This document shows positions 52,856 to 64,000 of a stretch of 64,000 nucleotides of DNA, one piece after another (position 1 is the first letter of the stretch; every line of letters starts with the position of its first letter). The position numbers and the translations under genes were made by a program. The DNA comes from Eledone cirrhosa (Eukaryota), in assembly GCA_964016885.1 (NCBI GenBank), contig OZ024741.1, forward strand, positions 186,001-250,000, read 5' to 3'. The notes under the pieces were generated by a model that saw only the letters and a program-made list of their open reading frames with translations, searched no databases and was not told the DNA's origin.

Positions 52856-55800
52856 TAGTCAGTCAACGCGATCAGTCGCATATTTTGATGTGGGAGACTA
52901 TTCATTAAATTTAATACGAATACTATCTCCGAAAGTAATGCCACAACTACCATCATGTTGAATAACTGGTTATTCTTCTAACTATATCTACTGAAGACAA
53001 CTTTTATTCGAATTGTAGAGATATCCGACTAAATACATAATTCATTTTACAAGGATTTGCTACAAACATTATGGCTGAACACATCAACAACAACAACATC
53101 AGTGGAGTACCGAAGAAAAACGAGAAAGGTAAACAAAATTTATTCAGTTGTAGCTACAGAAGAAACCGAAATTATAAATCGCATTTCTCTTGGAGTTGCG
53201 AACTTAATGAGGATTTATTTAATTGTTATAAAATGGCCCAAAACAACCCCTCCATTGGCTATATGAACAGAATGAAGCTACACTGGGACGAAATACACCC
53301 AGAGCTAAATCATTTCTCAGCGAAACAACTACGCCAACAAGCGACGTTTGTTGAACGTAAAAATAAGATAAATATTATTAATTGTAAGTGTCACGGAACA
53401 AACATGGAATCAACAACACGTGCTACAGACTTCCTAGCAGCCAGATCGAACAGCGCCTTGAAACAACTATGCCTGTAAGAAATTTGACACTACGTGTACC
53501 ATCTAAGTCTACCTCGAATGGTGGGGAAAACACTATCGGTAATAATAATCGAAGAAATTTGACACCACGTGTACCATCCGAGTCTACCTCGACTATTGTG
53601 GAAAATACTATCGATAATGATAATAATCAAAAGTATAAACAATTGAAAACTTCCCTCAATGAAATCTTCCAGAGAGAAATTAATTCATGTATAAACATTT
53701 CTCTTGCTGAACGTTTTAAAACAACAATATTCAATAAAAAAACAAATAATGAAATATTTCGTGTTATTGACGAAATAGGGGATGAATATTTACGACGGTT
53801 AAAAACCCCAACATTTTGGCAAATCAACGCCTGTTTATATGCCTTAGCAACGACAGTGAAGCATTATCTTGGCTATAGCAGAGATATTAACAAGAACAAA
53901 ACACCACCAAAAATACCATCATATATAACTAAAATAGAAAAAAAAGATTGCTGACCTACGAAAAACCATAGGATATGTGACAATGCTCCTTACATGCAAA
54001 CAAACACACAAAAAACTTCACTCCTTACCAACAAAGAGTGAAAAATAAAATAGAGGCGATGTTTGGTAACAGTAGAACCAGAACTCTTCAATATAAGCTG
54101 ATCACCTCAAACATGAATTGAGAGCTGTCAGCGAAAAATGCCTATACCTAAAGAAGGTAGATGAAAGAAAAGTGCTTAATAAAAGATTCAGACGAAACAA
54201 AACATCAGTCTATAGAGATATGAAGGGCAAAATAATAAGTGTCACTGAGGCCCCATCCCAGAAAGACATAGATTCCTTTTGGAGAAAAATATGGGGTGAA
54301 AAGAAGAATTTCAACCAAGATACAGTGTGGCTAAAAGAAATCCAAAAGAACTATTGTTCCTACACTTCAACAAGAAAATACGAAATTAGTGAGGGTACCC
54401 TTGAGACTGTGATAGGAAAACTCCAAGATAAGAAAACACCAGGAAGAGACATGATTGTCGGCTACTGGTATAAAAAACTGATATTTTACCGGAGGTATCT
54501 TACCGACCTCTACCAACAAGTTCTTAAGGGAGATACACTTATACCAGAATGGTTGACATTAGCACAAACATTACTGGTCCCCAAGAACAAAGACACCCAC
54601 CTGGCAAAAAACTACCGACCCATTGCATGCCAGAACCTGATGTATAAGAAGTATACAGCCTGCCTGAACCTATTCCTCCAAGATCACTGTCAAAATAATA
54701 ACATCATCACAGATAAACAAGCAGCTGGAAAGAAAGGGGTTTGGGGATGTGCTGAACAACTCCTAATCAACAAAACTGCGATGTCGGAGGTGCGACAATT
54801 TAGGAGGAATATGGCTACAGTCTGGCTGGACTACAGGAAAGCTTTCGATTCTGTTCCCCACTCTTGGATCATAGTGGCCCTCCGATTTGCTAAAGTCCCA
54901 GACATTATTATCAGAGCCATAGAGAGGCTGTCTTCTTCTTGGGCTACTATCCTAAAATTAAGGACAGAGAAGGAGGACTCTATTTTCACTGATAAAATAA
55001 AATATCGCAGGGGTATATTTCAGGGAGACAGTCTCTCTGTGATATTATTCATCCTGTCATTAAACCCTTTGTCCTTTCTGCTCAAGAAATGTGAAGGATA
55101 CATCATTGGCTCACAGGAGGACAGAAATACGAACCTAACCCATAATTTCTTTGTGGACGATCTGAAACTCTAAAAACCTCTAAAAAAATCTTGACCTGGT
55201 TACAACATTCTCAAAGGATATAGGAATGGAGTTTGGCCAAGATAAATGCTCATATATGACTGTAAAGCGGGGAAAAACAACAACCCAATCTAGCAACATT
55301 TGTATCAATGGCCTAACTGTTTCACCGATATCTGATGAGGACTGCTACAGATACCTGGGGATAGATGGGAACATATCCTATAATGGTATCTGTAATAAGG
55401 AACACGTAACCAGGAAATACTACACCCGATTAAGAAAGATATGGTCATCGGAACTCTCTGCGCAAAAAAAAACAGTGGCTCACAATGTGTTTGGTGTGCC
55501 TGTCCTAACACCAACGTTTGGAATACTCAATTGGACGATAGACGAAATCCGAGCGATTGATGTTAGAACTCGAAAAATACTGAACAACACCGGAAACTTC
55601 CACATCAACAGTGACATAGACCGCCTTTACTTGAAACGTAAGCTGGGAGGCAGAGGCCTAACATCAGTCCAGATAGCATTTGAATGTCGCATCATATCCC
55701 TCCAACAACATCTACGAACCTCAAAGCGTAGGAGCCCGTCTCTCGAGCAAGTATATCTACATGTAACAGATAATATCATGAGAGTTGGGAAGGAACTCCT

Positions 55801-56910
55801 CGAGAGGTATTCCCTGTGTGATAATCCAAAACTCACACCCAGGGAAGTCGCTCAGCAATATCGCAGTGAATCCATGGATGAAAAACTGCATACTTATCAG
55901 CAAAAAATCATGCATGGATATGTTGCCAGGAAGCTCCCGAGTGAGAGTAATATATAGAAAGTAGTCTATCTTGGACCAACAACCGCTATATTGGCTCTCA
56001 TTTTGAAGGATACGCTTTTGCAATCCAAGAACAGGAAATCAACACGAAATACCTGATTCACAAAAGAGATAGGGATGCAAGCAAAACACCTAGATGTGAT
56101 AACAAGTGCAGACTCTGCAGAATTAACATTGAAGATGTCACCCATGTCATAAGCAGCTGTCCAAAGATGTCATCACGGTACTATCTACCTATGAAGCATG
56201 ATGTAGTGGCTGAAAATGCAATCCGAAGAAAAGATAGCTCCGATAATAAACACATTAAAAGCTACAGCAATGTGGAAGACATACATATACATAATATGAA
56301 AGAGTACTAGTGGAATGTTCCAGTAAAAACCCCAATAAAATATAGGCATAACATCAGATATTATATGGGACAGGGAAAAGAAGGCATGCACAGTAGTGGA
56401 AGTTAGCAGATGCCAATATAATATCAAAGATTAGCGAAAAGGAGAATATTTATGCAGAACTGATGAGAAACCTGCAGATACTCCACCCTGGTTATACCTT
56501 CAGATTTATGCCTGTGATTATTGGGGCACTGGGGTATGTTAGTAACTGCCTCAATAAAATCTTAAGAAGCTGGGCTTCACAGAAACAGAAAGAACACGAC
56601 TAGTTAGGAAATTACAAGTACAATCCATTAATGGAACAGTAAAAATATGAAAAACATTCCAAAAATGTTGCATCTAATAACTGCATATACACATGTACAG
56701 ATACAAAGCATATACACATGCACACATACAACTCAAAACATCCACATCCACACATACAATAACATCCATATCTACACATGTATCATGCAAGCATGCATAC
56801 ATAATCTACCTAGTTGATGTGTAAATTCCAATGAGAGAGTATTGTGTCTATGTTAGAAACCTACTCTCTCTCTATTGGCAAACATTTGTGAAACTATAAA
56901 ACCAGAAGAA
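52856..56910 (+). mobile_element. Near full-length degenerate Dong/R4-clade RLE retrotransposon in (CATA)n
   Basis: GYMNRMKLHWDEIHP N-terminus; YRPIAC, DYRKAFDSVPH, IFQGDSLS, FVDDLKL; CRLC..THVISSC knuckle; RLE remnants; followed directly by (CATA)n. Confidence 0.9.
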
Positions 56911-56948
56911 CATACATACATACATACATACATACATACATACATACA

Positions 56949-56980
<32 letters not shown>

Positions 56981-57023
56981 ATACTGATCTTGAACTCAAA
57001 CTTATTCATAGTTGTAAATAATA

Positions 57024-57205
57024 ATTGCTTCTACTTTTAGCACATGGCAACCAATTACCCCAGTGCATTACTGGTACTTTATTTTATCGACCCCGTAAGG
57101 ATGGAAAGCAAAGTTAACCTCGTTGGATTTGAACTGAGATCATAAAGGGTGGTAACTCTATGCATGGCGTCCGACCCTGTACCGATACTGTCAATCCATG
57201 GCCCT
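57024..57205 (-). mobile_element. Deu/Nin-type tRNA SINE copy
   Basis: Homologous to 14461-14650. Confidence 0.72.
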
Positions 57206-57468
57206 TGTAATTGTAAATAATAAAGCTAACCCTAAACTTTAAATCCTTACCAGTATCTATCCTCTATAGCTAGAACTGTTGCTACCAATAGATCACAGTT
57301 TTATATAATAATTTCCTGCGATCAATGAATGAATCGCTAAACATGTTTGACACGTGGCGGAGTTGTGGAAATGTCCAGTGGTGAGGTTTGAATAGTATTA
57401 TGAGTTGGCGTGGGTGTATGTGGACAGTGTAGTAGAAAATGTTAGCTTAATGATTTTCCTTATGTGGT

Positions 57469-57749
57469 CAGGGCCGGATTTAACGGGGCACCCCTGCAGT
57501 GGCGGACCCCATCAGCGACGGCCAAGCAATTTATTTTTGCCCTCAGCTGGGCTTTTTAGTTTTAGGATGGTTACAATTTTTGAATTTAATACCTGTATGT
57601 ATAACTTTTCAATTCTAATTACATTCGCCAAAGTCACTTTGATATGTAAAAGTGTGTGGGGGGGGAGTGCTGTATATTCTATTTTTTGTGTGAGAGGCCC
57701 TCCCAAACCTGAAGTATCCCGGGCCCCTCAAGGTCTAAAGCCAGCTCTG
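57469..57749. mobile_element. hAT-like MITE
   Basis: TIRs CAGGGCCGGATTTA / TAAAGCCAGCTCTG; degenerate 8-bp TSD tatgtggt/tatatagc. Confidence 0.55.
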
Positions 57750-57834
57750 TATATAGCCAGAGTAAGAAATGTAAAAAATTAGAGCTTTCCAAATTGTAAG
57801 ATGAAATTGTTTTATTTGTGAGAATGAGTTAAAT

Positions 57835-60800
57835 AACACTGTAGAGCTATCTTAGGGTACTAAATACCCAAGTGAGTTACATAAGACTGTAGAGCTATCT
57901 TAGGGTACTAAATACCCAAGTGGGTTACATAACACTGTAGAGCTATCTTAGGGTACTAAATACCCAAGTGGGTTACATAACACAGTAGAGCTATCTTAGG
58001 GTACTAAATACCCAAGTGGGTTACATAACACTGTAGAGCTATCTTAGGGTACTAAATACCCAAGTGAGTTACATAAGACTGTAGAGCTATCTTAGGGTAC
58101 TAAATACCCAAGTGGGTTACATAACACTGTAGAGCTATCTTAGGGTACTAAATACCCAAGTGGGTTACATAACACAGTAGAGCTATCTTAGGGTACTAAA
58201 TACCCAAGTGGGTTACATAACACTGTAGAGCTATCTTAGGGTACTAAATACCCAAGTGGGTTACATAACACTGTAGAGCTATCTTAGGGTACTAAATACC
58301 CAAGTGAGTTACATAACACTGTAGAGCTGTATTAGGGTACTAAATACCCAAGTGGGTTACATAACACTGTAGAGCTATCGTAGGGTACTAAATACCCAAG
58401 TGAGTTACATAAGACTGTAGAGCTATCTTAGGGTACTAAATACCCAAGTGAGTTACATAAGACTGTAGAGCTATCTTAGGGTACTAAATACCCAAGTGAG
58501 TTACATAAGACTGTAGAGCTATCTTAGGGTACTAAATACCCAAGTGGGTTACATAACACTGTAGAGCTATCTTAGGGTACTAAATACCCAAGTGGGTTAC
58601 ATAACACTGTAGATCTATCTTAGGGTACTAAATACCCAAGTGAGTTACATAAGACTGTAGAGCTATCTTAGGGTACTAAATACCCAAGTGGGTTACATAA
58701 CACTGTAGAGCTATCTTAGGGTACTAAATACCCAAGTGGGTTACATAACACAGTAGAGCTATCTTAGGGTACTAAATACCCAAGTGGGTTACATAACACT
58801 GTAGAGCTATCTTAGGGTACTAAATACCCAAGTGGGTTACATAACACTGTAGAGCTATCTTAGGGTACTAAATACCCAAGTGGGTTACATAACACAGGTG
58901 AGCTATCTTAGGGTACTAAATACCCAAGTGGGTTACATAACACAGTAGAGCTATCTTAGGGTACTAAATACCCAAGTGGGTTACATAACACTGTAGAGCT
59001 ATCTTAGGGTACTAAATACCCAAGTGGGTTACATAACACTGTAGAGCTATCTTAGGGTACTAAATACCCAAGTGAGTTACATAACACTGTAGAGCTACCT
59101 TAGGGTACTAAATACCCAAGTGGATTACATAACACAGTAGAGCTATCTTAGGGTACTAAATACCCAAGTGGGTTACATAACACTGTAGAGCTACCTTAGG
59201 GTACTAAATACCCAAGTGGGTTACATAACACTGTAGATCTATCTTAGGGTACTAAATACCCAAGTGGGTTACATAACAAACACTGTAGAGCTACCTTAGG
59301 GTACTAAATACCCAAGTGAGTTACATAACACTGTAGAGCTACCTTAGGGTACTAAATACCCAAGTGGATTACATAACACAGTAGAGCTATCTTAGGGTAC
59401 TAAATACCCAAGTGGGTTACATAACACTGTAGAGCTACCTTAGGGTACTAAATACCCAAGTGGGTTACATAACACTGTAGATCTATCTTAGGGTACTAAA
59501 TACCCAAGTGAGTTACATAAGACTGTAGAGCTATCTTAGGGTACTAAATACCCAAGTGGGTTACATAACACTGTAGAGCTACCTTAGGGTACTAAATACC
59601 CAAGTGAGTTACATAACACTGTAGAGCTATCTTAGGGTACTAAATACCCAAGTGGATTACATAACACAGTAGAGCTATCTTAGGGTACTAAATACCCACG
59701 TGGGTTACATAACACTGTAGAGCTATCTTAGGGTACTAAATACCCAAGTGGGTTACATAACAAACACTGTAGAGCTACCTTAGGGTACTAAATACACAAG
59801 TGGGTTACATAACACTGTAGATCTATCTTAGGGTACTAAATACCCAAGTGAGTTACATAACACTGTAGATCTATCTTAGGGTAGTAAAAACCCAAGTCGG
59901 TTACATAACACTGTAGATCTATCTTAGGGTACTAAATACCCAAGTGGGTTACATAACACTGTAGATCTATCTTAGGGTACTAAATACCCAAGTGAGTTAC
60001 ATAACACTGTACAGCTACCTTAGGGTACTAAATACCCAAGTGGGTTACATAACACAGTAGATCTACCTTAGGGTACTAAATACCCAAGTGGGTTACATAA
60101 CACTGTAGAGCTACCTTAGGGTACTAAATACCCAAGTGGGTTACATAACACTGTAGAGCTACCTTAGGGTACTAAATACCCAAGTGGGTTACATAACACT
60201 GTAGATCTACCTTAGGGTACTAAATACCCAAGTGGGTTACATAACACTGTAGATCTATCTTAGGGTACTAAATACCCAAGTGAGTTACATAACACTGTAG
60301 AGATACCTTAGGGTACTAAATACGCAAGTGGGTTACATAACACTGTAGATCTATCTTAGGGTACTAAATACCCAAGTGGGTTACATAACACTGTAGATCT
60401 ATCTTAGGGTACTAAATACCCAAGTGAGTTACATAACACTGTAGATCTACCTTAGGGTACTAAATACGCAAGTGGGTTACATAACACTGTAGATCTATCT
60501 TAGGGTACTAAATACCCAAGTGAGTTACATAACACTGTAGAGATACCTTAGGGTACTAAATACGCAAGTGGGTTACATAACACTGTAGATCTATCTTAGG
60601 GTACTAAATACCCAAGTGGGTTACATAACACTGTAGATCTATCTTAGGGTACTAAATACCCAAGTGAGTTACATAACACTGTAGATCTACCTTAGGGTAC
60701 TAAATACGCAAGTGGGTTACATAACACTGTAGATCTATCTTAGGGTACTAAATACCCAAGTGAGTTACATAACACTGTAGAGATACCTTAGGGTACTAAA

Positions 60801-61870
60801 TACGCAAGTGGGTTACATAACACTGTAGATCTATCTTAGGGTACTAAATACCCAAGTGAGTTACATAACACTGTAGAGATACCTTAGGGTACTAAATACG
60901 CAAGTGGGTTACATAACACTGTAGATCTACCTTAGGGTACTAAATACCCAAGTGGGTTACATAACACTGTAAATCTATCTTAGGGTACTAAATACCCAAG
61001 TGAGTTACATAACACTGTAGAGCTACCTTAGGGTACTAAATACCCAAGTGGGTTACATAACACTGTAGAGCTACCTTAGGGTCTTAAATGCCCAAGTGGG
61101 TTACATAACACTGTAGAGCTACCTTAGGGTACTAAATACCCAAGTGGGTTACATAACACTGTAGATCTATCTTAGGGTACTAAATACCCAAGTGAGTTAC
61201 ATAACACTGTAGAGCTACCTTAGGGTACTAAATACCCAAGTGGGTTACATAACACTGTAGATCTATCTTAGGGTACTAAATACCCAAGTGGGTTACATAA
61301 CACTGTAGAGCTACCTTAGGGTACTAAATACCCAAGTGGGTTACATAACACTGTAGAGCTACCTTAGGGTACTAAATACCCAAGTGGGTTACATAACAAA
61401 CACTGTAAAGCTACCTTAGGGTACTAAACACCCAAGTGGGTTACATAACACTGTAGAGCTGTATTAGGGTACTAAATACCCAAGTGGGTTACATAACACT
61501 GTAGATCTATCTTAGGGTACTAAATACCCAAGTGGGTTACATAATACTGTAGAGCTATCTTAGGGTACTAAATACCCAAGTGGGTTACATAACACCGTAG
61601 AGCTGTATTAGGGTACTAAATACCCAAGTGGGTTACATAACATTGTAGAGCTACCTTAGGGTACTAAATACCCAAGTGAGTTACATAACACTGTAGATCT
61701 ATCTTAGGGTACTAAATACCCAAGTGGGTTACATAACACTGTAGAGCTATCTTAGGGTACTAAATACCCAAGCGGGTTACATAACACTGTAGAGCTATCT
61801 TAGGGTACTAAATACCCAAGTGGGTTACATAACACTGTAGAACTATCTTAGGGTACTAAATACCCAAGTG
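57835..61870. repeat. 48-bp satellite ACACTGTAGAGCTATCTTAGGGTACTAAATACCCAAGTGGGTTACATA, ~84 units
   Basis: Directly visible; internal hairpin GGGTA-ctaaa-TACCC. Confidence 0.98.
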
Positions 61871-62864
61871 CCGGCTCTAATTAAATCCATATTCTAAAAC
61901 TAGATCTTCAGTCATATCTCTTAATCTACTATAGATTTTAAGCAAAAGCAATCCTAAACATCATAACCCTTAATACTAACTTCATAATTTTAACTCTCAT
62001 TCTAAAACAGAGCTTTCCCTACTTTTCACAGTGGCAACACACTTTTTACAAATCTAATTTATCGTGACATTGAATTTGTTAGTGACATGAAATTGACGAA
62101 ATTAATCAATAACTAAATAACGTATCGAATCATATGTCATGAATCACCTGATTAATTATATGCAGTGTTGCCAAATCTTAAATATACTTCACAGGAAAAA
62201 ATAATCAGGTTTTATTTAACTCTTAAAATCCTAAAAACATTTAAGAGAAAATGTCTAAAAACAGATTTGTTAATTTTTTATTGTATATTTACTAGTGGAG
62301 AGATTGTTGCGAACATTTTCTGTTATCAATTTTTAATGTGATGCTATCACAGTGCTATTTTAGCCTTTTCATGAATATACTGCCAATGCGGTTTATGTAG
62401 CACATGATATTAAAAAAAATATAAGATAATCTAGAGATTACCAGCATCCAGTGTAACAGCGTAAACTTTGTAAACCTCGGCTAAATTCTTTTAGGATTCA
62501 GATTCTTCTTTTAATGCTGAATTGAGATTCAAGAACTGACTTTACCTTAAAACATTTACCAGGAGTGATTAGGATCACTTCACCTGCTAGAAGAATTGGG
62601 GAGGAGAAAATGGAGAAAAAAACACGCGCATATTCAGGCAGCCATGCGAAAGAGAGAGAGAGAGAGAACGAGAGAGAGAAGAAACAGTAGTAGCATCCTT
62701 AGAGCTAAGTATAAATGACCCTTACTCGTTAAATTAACATGTACGGGGTCAAATATTTTGCAAATACCAGTGAACCCATAATAGAATTTTCATGGAAAAT
62801 CAGCCTAACATGGTGTGTAATAAGGCTGGACGTTGGAATTACAGGTATACTCCATATATACTCT

Positions 62865-63165
62865 GAAGGCGTGTGGTTTTGTGGTTAAGTTGTTCGGCTC
62901 ACGATCGTAAGGCCGTGATTTCGATTCCTGAATCGGGTAGCTTGTCTCTTTGAGCAAGACACTTTATTTTACCAATCCACTCGGCTTGCAAAAATGAGCT
63001 GTATCTGTAGTTGAGGGGCTAAACATGTCAGATATCGTATCACATTGAATATCCCTGAGAACTACATTAAAGGTCCACGTGTCTGAATTACTCAGCCAGT
63101 TACACGTTAATTCCACTAGCAGGCAGCTGATTGAATCAACTGGAGCTCTCGTCGTCGGACACGAC
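62865..63165 (+). mobile_element. tRNA-derived SINE (second family)
   Basis: gaaggcgtgtgg..gtggttaag..ttcgattcc..ttgagcaagacactttattt as at 45944; another head fragment at ~63226-63310. Confidence 0.7.
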
Positions 63166-63711
63166 ATCTGTTCAACATTCCAGCCTATTGGGACTTCCAC
63201 AGCGTTACCCTCAACATTTCTATGTAGCATAGCTGAATGGTTAAACATTCGTTTCGTTATCACGAGGCTCCTAGTTCGATCCCACTGTATGGCATTTTGG
63301 GCAAAGGTATTTTATTTCTTCTTCTTCACCAGTATACTTTACCACCATCACCACCATTACCCTAATACTGAAAAATCATCTCTGTTCGTCATACTATGCA
63401 GCTACTAGTCTCTCTAGTCACATGGTATGTTAGAAATATCAGCCAAATCCTCCAAACTCCAAAGGAGTGTGTGTTTGTGTGTTTTGTTTCTGTGTGTTTC
63501 TGTGTGTGTTTCTGTGCGTGTGTGCCTGTGTGTTTGTGTGTGTTAAATATGGAAACAATGAACTACATCCCCTCATCGAGATTATCAGTTTCATTTTTGC
63601 CAAGGGAAAAAACCGCGAAATAATATGTTAAGAGTTACTTCCCTTGCATAAAATTAAATATTTTTTAAAGTGTTGTGTTGTTCTTATATTGTGATAACTA
63701 CACCAGATGTG

Positions 63712-63885
63712 GTAGAGTCCGTAGGAGTGGAGACTTCTGGCGGTCTTATCCCCCTGGCCACATCCCTACTCACAGTGGAGTTGGCTGTCTTCAGGAGCTA
63801 GCCTCTCGAGGTGGTGTGGCTGTTCCAACGTGTTTCCCTCGCTGTCCTCGAAGGCAATGTTGTCTCCATCCTGTCGGCCGGGACC
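63712..63885 (+). mobile_element. 3' fragment of CRE-type retrotransposon
   Basis: VETSGG..ATSLLT..WLFQRVSLAVLEGN..SILSA matches the RLE end at 20940-21120. Confidence 0.65.
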
Positions 63886-64000
63886 CAGAGGTAGGTTAGT
63901 TGGTGGTAGAGGATACTGTCTATTTCTACATGAAGGAATAGTATTAAACAAACTTACGGCGAAGGAACTTCTACGTGGTCTCCTAGCCTACTAGAAATAG

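Noticed and set aside
52985-53040. Hammerhead-like CTGAAGA in the Dong/R4 5' UTR
   Set aside because: GAGA instead of GAAA and poor stems I and III; could be chance
57855-61850. Telomeric array
   Set aside because: Only one TTAGGG per 48-bp unit, never tandem
57835-61870. CRISPR-like array
   Set aside because: Units are contiguous and near-identical with no unique spacers; no cas genes; eukaryotic context

Overview
Animal (eukaryotic) repeat-saturated intergenic or intronic DNA with no convincing host protein-coding gene. The SINE families, microsatellite load and TE mix suggest a coleoid cephalopod such as Octopus (inference, not verified). Most ORF-track entries are microsatellite or minisatellite artefacts. 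Real coding remnants are all transposons: RTE LINEs, several copies of an L1/Tx1-type LINE, CRE, Ingi/Vingi, CR1 and Dong/R4 LINEs, an open Penelope-like (PLE) RT+GIY-YIG ORF (34680-~36790, minus), an IR/DR Tc1 element, non-autonomous Helitrons and a hAT-like MITE. There are also tRNA-derived SINEs, a 30-bp minisatellite and a 48-bp satellite. The most notable signal is non-coding. About a dozen unrelated short units sit in (TA)n tracts, are mostly fold-back (inverted-repeat) structures, and carry type-I hammerhead ribozyme motifs. These include non-canonical cores: CAGANGA (U4A) in three unrelated families and a covariant UUGAGAA (C3U/G8A). One hammerhead stem looks A-to-G hyper-edited. All folds were paired by eye; none was computed or tested.
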